DNA of 64,000 nucleotides from Lingula anatina (taxonomy: Eukaryota; Animalia; Brachiopoda), in the NCBI GenBank assembly GCA_051362555.1, contig JBPQGU010000016.1:434001-498000 (forward strand), given 5' to 3'. Under the pieces are notes generated by a model that was not told where the DNA came from, did no database searches, and saw only the letters and a list, made by a program, of their open reading frames with translations. Made by a program: the position numbers and the translations under genes. Of the stretch, positions 51,089 to 63,176 are shown piece after piece; position 1 is the first letter of the stretch; each line of letters opens with the position of its first letter.

Positions 51089-51475
51089 CTTGTTTGTTTA
51101 ATTTATCTGTGGCGTTCCTGCTTTTTGACTTATTTCTACGGTCAACTGAAAATAGATTGGAAAGAAAATTACGTGATTAAAAAGGCATTGAGATCGCGTG
51201 TTTTAAGCCTATTGTTGTGAACCGTCCAAAATGACTTTCACTTTAATAAATAATTGTACTGAATTTCAGTGTATCAATTTCCATTAACGAACTAACTAAT
51301 ATATGGGCTCCGACATGACTCCAGATTTGACTCAGTCTTTCACTTTACTTGCACAGAGAAGCATAACAGAACAACCTCACATTTTCAGTCTCAGATCCAA
51401 AAGTGTCTTTATTATGTACAAATTCACGTTTTATACACACTATCTACAGGAAATCTATGCATACAAGTGGCTGCT

Positions 51476-53420
51476 AATTATTAATTTCAGTTATGCTTGG
51501 ATTCGGGAAAGATTCCCTCAGTATGGCGGAAGGCAATTATTTGCCCTATTCCAAAGGACAGTAAATTGGATCAGAGGGTTCCTCTGAATTATAGAGGAAT
51601 TAGTTTATTATGTTGCTCAGCAAAAATGTACACGAGTCTTTTAAACGATAGATTAACTGAGTTTTTTGACAACAGAAATGTTCTAGTAGATGAGCAGAAC
51701 GGTTTTCGCAGGGATAGGTCTTGTCAAGATCACATATTTGCCTTAGATTCTATCATAAGAAATAGACTTAATGTTGCATTATCAACCTTTTGTGCTTTCA
51801 TAGACTTTCATAAAGCATTTGATTGCATCGACAGAGATTATTTAATGTACAAATTATTGAGATCTGGTATAGATGGTAAAGTATACTGGGCTATTAGAAA
51901 CATATATGCATTTACAGAAGCTTGTGTTAAGGTAGGAGACATGCAATCTAATTGGTTCAATACTGAATATGGTGTAAGACAAGGTGATAATCTATCACCA
52001 ACCCTATTTGCCTTATATATTAATGATTTAGCGCAAGAGATAAAACGGATCTCGAAAGGTGTTGAAGTAGGAAAAAACGTTGTAGATATATTATTATATG
52101 CAGATGATGTGGTATTTATTGCTCCTACTGAGGAAAACTTGCAAGCTATGCTTGATAAGCTAAGTGAGTGGTCTTATAAATGGAGTTTATTTGTTAACCA
52201 AAAGAAAACAAAAATCGTATATTTTAGAAAACCAGGTGTTGAAAGGAGTAACTTTCAGTTTAATTGCGGTGGAGTGCCACTTGATTATGAAAAGTCTTAT
52301 AAATATCTTGGAGTTACCTTAGCAGAGACACTTAATTATAGTACAAATGCATATGTGATGTCTCATGCTGCAGGTAGGGCACTGGGTTCCATAGTAGCTA
52401 AGTATAAACATCAAGGATATATGGGGTATTCCACGTACACAAAGCTTTTTGATTCTTGTGTTAGTCCCATTCTAGAATATGCAGCAGGTGTTTGGGGATA
52501 TAATGAATATAAGCAGCTAGATAAAATTCAGTTTAGAGCCGCCAGGGTATTTCTTGGGGTGCACAGATTTACTCCTCTTCTGGCCATAGAAGGAGATATA
52601 GGTTGGATGAATACTAAATATAAAAGATGGTTGCACCTTATAAGATTGTGGAACAGACTTTTGAGCATGAGTGACGATAGGATTACAAAACAAATTTTCA
52701 TTAGAGATTATGACTTGGCAAAAGAGGGTAACATTAATTGGTGTGCTCATGTCTCTCGAGTTTTAGCTGTTTGTGAAATGGAGCATTTGTTTAATGATTT
52801 AGTTTATTGTGATGTTGGCGTTATAAAGAACATATTATTTAAATTGCAGGAGAGAGCCTGGAAAGAAGCAGTATTAAAAAAACCAAAGTTAAGGGTCTAC
52901 AGAAAACTTAAAGAAAATTTATTTGTGGAAAATTATGTTAAGTACAATTTAAAAGATGCGGAAAGATCGATCACGGCCCAGTTTAGATCAGGGGTTCTTC
53001 CATTACATGTAGAAACGGGCCGCTTTGTTAACAGAAAATTAGATGACAGACTATGTTTTCTTTGTAACACACAAAAAGTAGAAGATGAGTATCATTTTTT
53101 ATTTGATTGTCCAATTTATAAAGATTTAAGAAAAAAATGGTTTGAAAAAGTAAAAGTGGGTGATCTTATCTTTCATGACCTGGAAGTGGTTAAGGAGAGA
53201 CCTCAAGTGCTTTTTACAGATTTTCATAGAAGCACAGCGAGGTTTCTCTTTAACTGCTTTCAGGTCAGAAAGAAGCTTCTATATAACTAATGTTTGGCAA
53301 CCGGTGACTCTGTAAGCCCATAGGGCTGGGCCGTTACTTATATATTCACATTATTATATTATATTTGTATATATTCGGCATTGTCACAGAAATAAATCAA
53401 TTTAACATTAACATATAACA
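51476..53420 (+). mobile_element. 5'-truncated non-LTR retrotransposon (LINE; clade uncertain, RTEX-like C-terminus)
   Basis: Absent from the paralogous region at about 57688-57725. It ends with AATAAA and a (TTAACA)-like tail. Confidence 0.9.
51497..53290 (+). CDS. LINE ORF2 fragment: reverse transcriptase plus C-terminal CCHC
   Basis: Motifs NYRGISL, QNGFR, FIDFHKAFD, GVRQGDNLSPTLF, YADD, YKYLG, and ETGR...CFLC...EDEYHFLFDC. The endonuclease domain is missing. Confidence 0.92.
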   Translation: MDSGKIPSVWRKAIICPIPKDSKLDQRVPLNYRGISLLCCSAKMYTSLLNDRLTEFFDNRNVLVDEQNGFRRDRSCQDHIFALDSIIRNRLNVALSTFCAFIDFHKAFDCIDRDYLMYKLLRSGIDGKVYWAIRNIYAFTEACVKVGDMQSNWFNTEYGVRQGDNLSPTLFALYINDLAQEIKRISKGVEVGKNVVDILLYADDVVFIAPTEENLQAMLDKLSEWSYKWSLFVNQKKTKIVYFRKPGVERSNFQFNCGGVPLDYEKSYKYLGVTLAETLNYSTNAYVMSHAAGRALGSIVAKYKHQGYMGYSTYTKLFDSCVSPILEYAAGVWGYNEYKQLDKIQFRAARVFLGVHRFTPLLAIEGDIGWMNTKYKRWLHLIRLWNRLLSMSDDRITKQIFIRDYDLAKEGNINWCAHVSRVLAVCEMEHLFNDLVYCDVGVIKNILFKLQERAWKEAVLKKPKLRVYRKLKENLFVENYVKYNLKDAERSITAQFRSGVLPLHVETGRFVNRKLDDRLCFLCNTQKVEDEYHFLFDCPIYKDLRKKWFEKVKVGDLIFHDLEVVKERPQVLFTDFHRSTARFLFNCFQVRKKLLYN

Positions 53421-55592
53421 TGTGATGTGCATCTGTCCCAGGCATAGGCCTACCTATGGGCCTCTACAGAAAATAATATTTATGTATTCAGGACAGACGT
53501 AAATTAGATAATAACATGTTGATTAACTATGATTAAGGTTTATTGAGGCGCTAGAGAAACAAAGGAAGAATTTTTCCTGCACAGCTTCATAGGAATTTAA
53601 ACACGGACTTGATCCAGCTTAGACCTCCAAACTAATAGGGTGACATGGGCAATTTTCACAAACAAATAATAAAACTATATTTCAGTTAGCCTCCTTTTAA
53701 ATAAATATACCGTTCTGGGTAAATTAGAATATTTATTAAATCGCGAGAATATTTTTGACTTAAATGATGGTTTTATTATTAATGGAAATTAAGCTACTAT
53801 ATGTGGTACATTTGCTGTGATTACGCTGTCCTTCATGTTTTGCGTTAATCTACATTTTGCTGCGCGTGCTTGGAATTTTTAAAAATCTGTGCGTACAATT
53901 TTTGCAGGTCTGGTTATGCCCCTGTTATGTGATGAAAGTCTAAATTTGGAAATTAGTTCCTTAGCTTATTTAAATAGAATTACAGTGTAAAATTTTCGGC
54001 AAGATGTTGGTGCAATAGCCATTTACTCTTTGTGGATATCCCCCCCCCCCCCTCAAAGTTTGTCTAAAATTATCTTTCAATCTTTACCCGTTCAAGGACA
54101 GTATAAAGTTATTTGACATATTTTCGTGAAAACTTAATGACAAGCCAAATTAAGTGTCTCCAGTTCATTCCGTACTCAATTTTACCCAAGCAAATTTTTT
54201 CTTGAGTAGATCTTTATAACACGTTGTTATAATATAATTTTTCGAAGAGAGGATTTAAATCAATATTAAAAAATTGTAGCTTCTTACTTAAAAGAATTGG
54301 GTATCTCCCGCTTTTCATAATATACTAAGTTATGTACCCATGCTTCAAGATACCCTGAGAGCAATTACTTTTATTAATGTTCGCGACCGTGTTTGAACTC
54401 AATTGTTTAAATATTGATATTTAACGTCATTTACAAATACCAATAAAATAACCCCTTGAAATAAATAAGATATATTGAAAAATATGAAAGCCCACCAAGA
54501 TGAGTTTGATACCTGTTATTACCTGACATGGGAAGTGCAGCGGTGAATAATTAACAGGTTTTATTGTTAACGAGCTCTTGGTCAACTACAATAGGGACAG
54601 TCGGTCATCCGGCATCTGGGGTAAAGCTACCCGTGCAATATGGCGGAAAGCATTGAATTCTGTGTAAAAGTCGGCAGACTTTGTCCGAAGATATCATACT
54701 TCACAGTGCTTGACCACTTGTGTCAGTGAAGATGAGTTATTTACCTGGTTGATTTCCTTTACAGGCCTTTGTGATTAGCCGATGCACACCTGGTTAAGGG
54801 ATAAAATCGGCCTTAAATGCCGATCGTTATCTGTGATCTGGAATCTTACAGTGGTAGATTGCAAAGACGCATTTGCATACTTGGATGAGCATAATATTCA
54901 CATCTCTTCGAAGAGAATATCATGAGGAAGCAACTGATATTATCAAGGAGGGTTTCAATTATACTAATAACTGTTGACGTTGCATAGCTGACAGATATGA
55001 CGGGTAGATTTTGTACTGAATATTGAACCGGTACCGTTTATCTCTAAGGCACGTACCCCCGGTACAGTACTAAAGTAAAATGGTGGCACGACCAACACAT
55101 TAAAAAAATCTAATGGGATTTGTAAAATTTTAAAGATGAACGGAAAAGTGAACGATTCTTGCAGGCTATAGGTCGTGCAAACGTGACCAAAGACGGGGTT
55201 GTTGATCGAAACAAGATTTGGTCGTAACTTTACATGCACTATGAGATTTGTGAATCCAACTGGTAAACTCACGGTCCGTGCGCATGGAGTGACCACTTCT
55301 CGCTCATCATGCACGAAGCCCGTTAGTTCCACACGGTGGGCGTGCGGATATGCGGAGTGAGCAAGAAATAAGTACGTGTATCTAGCGCCTTAACCACGTG
55401 CATCGCACGCACCGTAGCCACCCAGGCGAAGTGGGGAAAAAAGTTTCCTCGCGTGTCCTGCACGACAGGCGAACGAGTTAACATGTCGTACTTTTTCCAT
55501 CTTTTTAGAAATCGTAGACCTCACGCAGCGGCTGTTGATCATGTCGAAAAATTTCTACGAGCTGTCTGCGACCTCCAAAATTTGGACTTTTT

Positions 55593-55631
<39 letters not shown>

Positions 55632-55843
55632 AGTTATAATAGACAGCAATTCGTGACTTACAAGTGGCATATATTACATTTTTATGAGACTACGTTTTGA
55701 ACACACGTTTTGATTTAGTTTTTTAGGCGTGAAGATTTCCCTCCCTGTTACGTATTCCCTTTCACGTATTCTCGCACGTTTTCTAGTATTATATGACGTC
55801 GCAAGATTTTTTAATAGTTTAAAAGTTCCAGTTGCTCACATAT

Positions 55844-57267
55844 TCATTGTGACACGTCCTTTCTAACAAACACTATATCTTGGCCTCCTAGAATGGTACC
55901 TTCCCTGTAAAGTCCTGTATTTTTGAAGATCTCCCTGATTGCTTTCCCACGTTTTGGCGTATCAGGACCTCCGCCGTGAACTGCGTACTCTATTGTCCAT
56001 ACGTCAACGGTGACGTGTTGCCATGGAAACGATTTGAGGATTTCTATCTCAGCACCCTCTACATCCAAGGTAAAGTAGTCTACGTGATTCCGGCCGATGG
56101 CGGCCAGGAGAGAACGAATAGGAAAACACTGTATGCGACTTTTTCCTTCTATCAAGTTTTGTTCCCTTTTAGGAATTTCATGACTGTGTTTTGGTATTCC
56201 TCCTATCTCCTGAGCAAACGTAAAATCAACCATTGCGGGACTGCGGCCCGTTGCTAAGCACGCATTAACAGCGTAAGTTTTCCTGGAAAGAATTTGAAAT
56301 AAGACGTTTAGCCAGGTGACGAGGAAATAAACGAACTTTTTTGATACGGGTAATATATTCAAGATCAGCAAAACGAACATGTCGATCAGTAAAGACTCTC
56401 ATTCTATATCTTGGATACACATTTTGATCGTCGTTAAGTATAGAATTTAGATGAGCGTAGAAAGCAGCATGCCAAATTCATATTGACGCGAATTTTAAGC
56501 TTGATGCTTCAATCTATTTCCAATAATAATAATAATAACTTTGTGACATTCTATTCACTTTTTTAAATCTGAGAGACTGCCATCTTCTCTTAACAATACG
56601 AGACAAAAGAATGTGTGTATGGGAAAAAACGCTGTACGCTTAATGTGCTCCTGAAGAAAAATGAATCAGGCACTGTGACATTAACTGAAGTCAAAAAATC
56701 CAACAAAGCACATGCATCACCGCTACACTAAAGAGGCGATGACTCTCTCCTTTCTGCTCGTAAACTATACCCTCACCTGTTTTTGTTCAAAAGAACTTCA
56801 AAGGACCACGGGTTTGGCTCCACAAGCAATCCTTTCCAGTCTCGAGAAACCTCGAAGAAGAGAGAATTGGAATGAGCCTCTCCATCATATGCTCCTGATT
56901 CCACGAAGAATCCTTTGCGACGTTGCTTCAGAATCTTGTCTACCAATTTTGACTGCCCCATTTGATCCCAGTATGTTGCCTTTGGGTTGGAAAGATTATA
57001 GGGCAGCTTGGAAGGAGGAAGAATCCATTTCCCTCTTAAGTGTTCTAAAAGATCTTCATTGAGGGAGTCTATGTTCCCTGTTCCTAGACGTTTAATGAAT
57101 TCTGTGGTTAAACTGTTACTGTGTGGAAGTTCTTTCATAGAATTACTCAAGTGTTTTGATAAATGATCCAATTTCGTTTCACAAACGGGATGAAAAATAT
57201 ACATTGAAGTGCAAAGAACTATGATAATAACGGCAAGAACAGCAATTGTCCATTTGTTCATCGTCAT
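55844..57267 (-). CDS. Star-like FkbM/Methyltransf_21 family type II membrane protein, copy 7 (intact, 309 aa)
   Basis: Exons 57267-56777 (491 nt) and 56282-55844 (439 nt) with a GT-AG phase-2 intron. No stops; the anchor and all motifs are present. Confidence 0.88.
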
Positions 57268-57281
57268 CTTGTTTGTTTAAT

Positions 57282-57301
57282 CAAGGAGTTATAACTCCTT
57301 G
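57282..57301. mobile_element. 20-bp perfect palindrome CAAGGAGTTATAACTCCTTG with 7-bp duplication, in the 5' UTR of copy 7
   Basis: Flanked by GTTTAAT twice. The empty site upstream of copy 6 at about 51096 has one GTTTAAT. Confidence 0.85.
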
Positions 57302-60300
57302 GTTTAATTTATCTGTGGCGTTCCTGCTTTTTGACTTATTTCTACGGTCAACTGAAAATAAATTGGAAAGAAAATTACGTGATTAAAAAGGCATTGAGAT
57401 CGCGTGTTTTAAGCCTATTGTTGTGAACCGTCCAGAATGACTTTCACTTTGATAAATAATTGTACTGAATTTCAGTGTATCAATTTCCATTAACGAACTA
57501 ACTAATATATGGGCTCCGACATGACTCCAGATTTGACTCAGTCTTTCACTGTACGTGCACAGAGAAGCATAACAGAACAACCTCACATTTTCAGTCTCAG
57601 ATCCAAAAGTGTCTTTATGATGTACATGTACAACATTCACGTTTTATACACACTATCTACAGGGAATCTATGCGTACAAGTGGCTGCTGCCTGTTTACAT
57701 ACTAATTGTTGTGCAATATTAACAGGTGATATGCATCTGTCCCAGGCATAGGCCTACCTATGGGCCTCTACAGAAAATAATATTTATATATTCAGGACAG
57801 ACGTAAATTAGATAATAACATGTTGATTAACTATGATTAAGGTTTATTGAGGCGCTAGAGAAACAAAGGAAGAATTTTTCCTGCACAGCTTCATAGGAAT
57901 TTTAACACGGACTTGATCCAGCTTAGACCTCCAAACTAATAGGGTGACATGGGCAATTTTCACAAACAAATAATAAAACTATATTTCAGTTAGCCTCCTT
58001 TTAAATAAATATACCGTTCTGGGTAAATTAGAATATTTATTAAATCGCGAGAATATTTTTGACTTAAATGATGATTTTATTATTCATGGAAATTAAGCTA
58101 CTATATGTGGTACATTTGCTGTGATTACGCTGTCCTTCATGTTTTGCGTTAATCTACATTTTGCTGCACGTGCTTGGAATTTTTTTTAATCTGTGCGTAC
58201 AATTTTTGCAGGTCTGGTTATGCCCCTATTATGTGATGAAATTCTTAATTTGGCAATTAGTTCCTTAGCTTATTTAAATAGAATTGCAGTGTAAAATTTT
58301 CAACAAGATGTTGGTGCAATAGCCATTTACTCTTTGTGGATATTTCCCCCCTCAAAGTTTGTCTAAAATTATCTTTCAATCTTTACTCTTTCAAGGACAG
58401 TATAAAGTTATCTGACATATTTTCGTGAAAACTTAATGACAAGCCAAAATAAGTGTCTCCAGTTTATTCCGTACTCAATTTTTCCCAAGCAATTTTTTCT
58501 TGAGTAGATCTTTATAACACGCTGTTATAATACAATTTTTCGAAGAGAGGATTTAAATCAAAATTTAAAAATTGCAGCTTCATACTTAAAAGAATTGGGT
58601 TTCTCCCGCTTTTCATAATATACTAAGTTATGTACAATGAACTAAGTTATCAGTAGTGCTCTTTTTTACACCCAACATTTTTAAAAAAAATCCGTATGGC
58701 CTTTCTTAAACACATTAAAGTAATGATTTTTTCCATGCTACTAGTAGCAAACAATGCTCTTTTACCTTGATCTGCTACATGTTTTTGGGTTTGACAAAGC
58801 TTACAAATTTGCAAAAAGTTTTGCGTACAGACGCAAAACTTGCGTTTCAAGTTATAAAATGATGAATCTTTAAAATTATTTAATATTTCAGATGAAATAA
58901 CCTCCAGAAACAAATCCTCAAAGCATAAACGAATTAGGATTACGAACTATTTTATTACAGCAATCCCCATTTTTTCTTTAATATACCGCTCTTTTTCCTG
59001 TTTTCCTCAACACGATTTCTTCCACAGAAATTATGCCTGGGCATACGCATGCTTCAAGATACCCTAAGAACAATTACTATTATTAATGTTCGCAACCGTG
59101 TTTGAACTCAATTGTTTAAATATTGATATTTAACGTCATTTACAAATACCAATAAAATAACTCCATGAAATAAATGAGATATATTGAAAAATATGGAAGC
59201 CCACCAAGACGAGTTTGAAACCTGTTATTACCTGGCATGGGAAGTGCAGCGGTGCATAATTAACAGGTTTTATTGTTAACGAGCTCTTGGTCAACTACAA
59301 TAGGGACAGTCGGTCATCCGGCATCTGGGGTAAAGCTACCCGTGCAATATGGCGGAACGCATTGACTTCTATGTAAAAGTCGGTAGACTTTGTCCGAAGA
59401 TATCATACTTCACATTGCTTGACCACTTGTGTCAGTGAAGATGATTTATTTACCTGGTTGATTTTCTTAAATACAGGCCATTGTGATTAGCCGATGCACA
59501 CCTGGTTAAGAGATAAAATCGGCCTTAAATGGCGATCGTTATCTGTGATCTAGAATCTTACAGTGGTAGATTGCAAAGACTCATTTGCATACCTGGATGA
59601 GCATAATATTCACATCTCTTCGAAGAGGAAGCAACTGATTTTATCAAGGAGGCTTTCAATTATACAAATAACTGTTGACGTTGCATAGCTGACAGATATG
59701 ACGGGTAGATTTTGTACTGAATTGAACCGGTACCGGTACCGGTACCATTTTTATGACATAATTTTCTTTGTTTTTGAAAATCTTGTCTGTTTTGATTTTC
59801 AGTCTCGTCTCATCTTTTAGGTAAAAGTGCGCTTGCACTAAAGTTTGCTTCAATAAGCGGGTATACAAGCAGTTACGCTAAGACGCGAATTGGACACAGT
59901 CCGTACATGTATTTGATTTCTCAAGTGCCCTTGCACGCAAGCAGGCGTATCAAATATTTCTATATGTCTAAATGGTGTACATGACAAACAGTCAAGCGCA
60001 CATGCGGGCTTCCTGTACAGTACATTTTGGGCAACTACGACTTATAAATTACAACAGAGCGTGTCAACAGTGAAGCTCACTTGAGTTCTGTCTTCCTTAT
60101 AGCTTACACTGACTCAATCCACCTATAATCCGCCCACCGATGGTAACTGTCAGCCTGATTTCATACTACTGCTAAACAAAATTCCCTGACTAGTACCTAT
60201 TATTCCTTCTGAAATGTACGTTACAGCATGGCTGTCTAAATAGCCAGACATCTAATTTTAAATGGTACATAACACTGAATCCGAATAGAGGGACGGATCG

Positions 60301-60524
60301 AGCGTTGACCATTGGGTCGAAAAATGCTTTTATTTCGAGGACAATTCGATTAGGATGCCTTAAAGTTCGCGAAAACCAGTTTGTTGTGTGTGGGCGGTAC
60401 ATAAGGGCAGCCCCCTACCCAGCAGCTAGGGCAGGATATAGCATTGCTGTTTTGTAATTTGCCACTCGGACAGTACACAGATATAGAATAACGAGACAGT
60501 AAATCCTTCATGGAGATTATCTAA

Positions 60525-60740
60525 GGCTCTGTTCTCACAACTTTTAGATCGATCTATCACCGCGGGGAGTCTCACTAGATTACTGTCAGATAATCCCCCT
60601 TAAGTGTCCGTCCCCGCCTACTACAAGCTTTAAGGGGTAATTAACTTTCGTGTCCGCCCGGCTGACAGCTATTTAGCGTGAACCCCCAGGGAGTTAGGTC
60701 GATCCAATGTAGGTCGATCTAATCTATGAGAATGGGGTGT
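60525..60740. mobile_element. Second copy of the Tourist/Harbinger-like MITE
   Basis: Collinear with 20649-20862. The empty site is at about 28540 (gattatctaaatgaaagaaa). Confidence 0.7.
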
Positions 60741-61982
60741 TAGTGAAAGAAATGGCAGCAATAACAACAACGAAATAATGGTTGTAAAAATTAAGCGGAA
60801 AACCGAAAATAATTCCCCTCAATAATATTATAGAATGCATAATTAAAATAGGATAAGCTGAGAAAGCGCACGGTACCTTAGCTATAGTGTAGGAAGTCCA
60901 CCTGTATTCGTAAATGGAGCTAGGGCATGTCTGTCTTCTATATGTAACCTAATATATTACAGATGGTTTATTATTTTCGCATACAAAACGCATCGCGTGA
61001 GCGTGTCAGTTGTCCGACCACAAGTCAAGGCTGCACAAAAACGATAAGCGTGTTAACAAAAGCGACTCTCTGTCAATAGGGGCAGTAAAGAATATTGATA
61101 TTATTTTGTATGGGGGAAGGGAGGTCGTATTTATATTTTGAAGTTTCTGTATGATTACGATAACCAATAACGTGCTAATATCTATCGTTGCATATTATAA
61201 CCAATCTGGTTATTGGACAAACAAGTAGCTATATATAGCGGCCGGATAAGTGCGGAATAAATGGTTTTTGTATCGTTTTTTTTTTTTTTTTTTTTTTACT
61301 TGGCCTTCAGTGTTTATCGCCACTTTAACACCTTTCAAGACTGCCGAGATATGTTTATCAGTTTCAAGTATATTTTCCTATCTAACCATATACCCCTGTA
61401 AATCATATCAGACATTGCCGACGCGTATCATCGTTTGTAAGATAGTCTTTTGAAGTGAAAAGTGCAAATAGTCAATTCACGAGAAACGTAATATAAGAGG
61501 TACAGTATTATAGAGCATTTTTGGTGCACGAGTCTCACCCTTATTGCTGAACGGTACTTTTTTAGACCCACCTCACGCCGACTCTCGTTTTCTAGTCTCG
61601 TGTGACGTCATGCGGTGCTAACAACTCGTTTTAAACATATATACACACACTGTATTTTTTATTTATTAAGCGGGCACCAACCACACGTCACCGCCGTTTT
61701 GTTCCCATGGGATTTTCCCTTTTCAGTTGTATATTTATAAATATATTTATTTTATTTGCAGAAGATTACATAAGTGCATACTTTACTAATACATATTGCG
61801 GTTTTATAAAATAATCTGAAAATCTAAAACCGATTTTGATCGTATTTGTTTGCATGACCGTCTACTACTTTGGTATTATTGAGTCGTTATCTGTTATATT
61901 TATATTCAGTAGCCAATCAAGATAACAGACGAGCGTGTTTTTTAAAGAAAGTGCTTTTGCATATAACATCTTTTAATCCAAA

Positions 61983-61988
61983 TTTATT
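61983..61988 (-). promoter_or_regulatory. Candidate polyadenylation signal of the Tudor gene
   Basis: AATAAA on the minus strand about 820 nt past the stop. Supported by position only. Confidence 0.3.
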
Positions 61989-62809
61989 TTAAAAATCTTA
62001 ACATCAGAAATGTAAGGATTGATTACAGAGGCTTCTTTCCCCGTCTCCGTTTTCTTCACAGAGAACCTTCGTCTCACCCAGCACAATCTCAACTGTCACA
62101 ATCTCCAACTAGAGCTATCTCAACAAACACAATTCACTTAAATGAGTGTAAATGTCCATTTTTGAAATAACAGAGTTAAAATCGAGAATTTACAACATCA
62201 CTTTACGTCTCTGTCCTCATACAAGCATTGTGACATACAATGCCTTTTTCTGTACATCAACAGCATATATTTTTAAAATTTCCGATGTAAGGAATGGATG
62301 CAAATAGAAGAATACTTTGTGCATAGTAAGACATAACAACACAATGATGCACTACACCAATGCAACTTTGAGCATTTTGAAATAGTCCATGACTTATGCA
62401 TAGATTGACTGAAGAATTTTGACAAAACTTTTTCTTATTCATTTCTGCTTGATGCTTGCAATTATAAGTAGAACTATCTCACTCATCCCACCAAACACAT
62501 CCCACTGTCTGCCCTGAAGAAATGAATTAAAAAAAATTCAATGATTTTCTGTCCATTTAAAAAGAAGATTGCAAGGGCAGAATTTTGAGCATTATCATAA
62601 AATACTGATGTTCGCAAGCAGTCCTTTTTGGCAAGCAATTCATTTGTTATGTCAATCTGACACCTAAGTCATTTTGTTTTCAATATATGTCAATCAACAC
62701 AGGGAACCAGCCTCATCCAATCACATCAGCCGAACTAAAACAGCTCCTCCCAAAAACCAATCAACATTCAGGATGCAAGTTTCTTGACAAATTGACTCCA
62801 CCCATCCCA

Positions 62810-63131
62810 TCACTTCCTTTCAACAAGCCCCTCCTCAACAAGCACACTGTCAATTGTTAGATCCACCCCTTCCTGGCTAGTGTCAATCAATCTGATAGCC
62901 ACCCTATCAGAATCCTTGTCATTACATATCAGTCCCACCAGATCCTTCTCATTGGCCAGTTCTATAAACCTGTCCTTGGCTGCTTTGGACCAGTCCCTCC
63001 CACCAAGAGGCTGAACACCTAAAATATATTAATAATGGTCAGATAAAAGAAACTGTATTCCATCTCAAAAGAGAACAGCTGGCGCTGACCATCATTCAAG
63101 CAGATTAAGTGAGGGAGAATCATTCAAGAGC

Positions 63132-63176
<45 letters not shown>

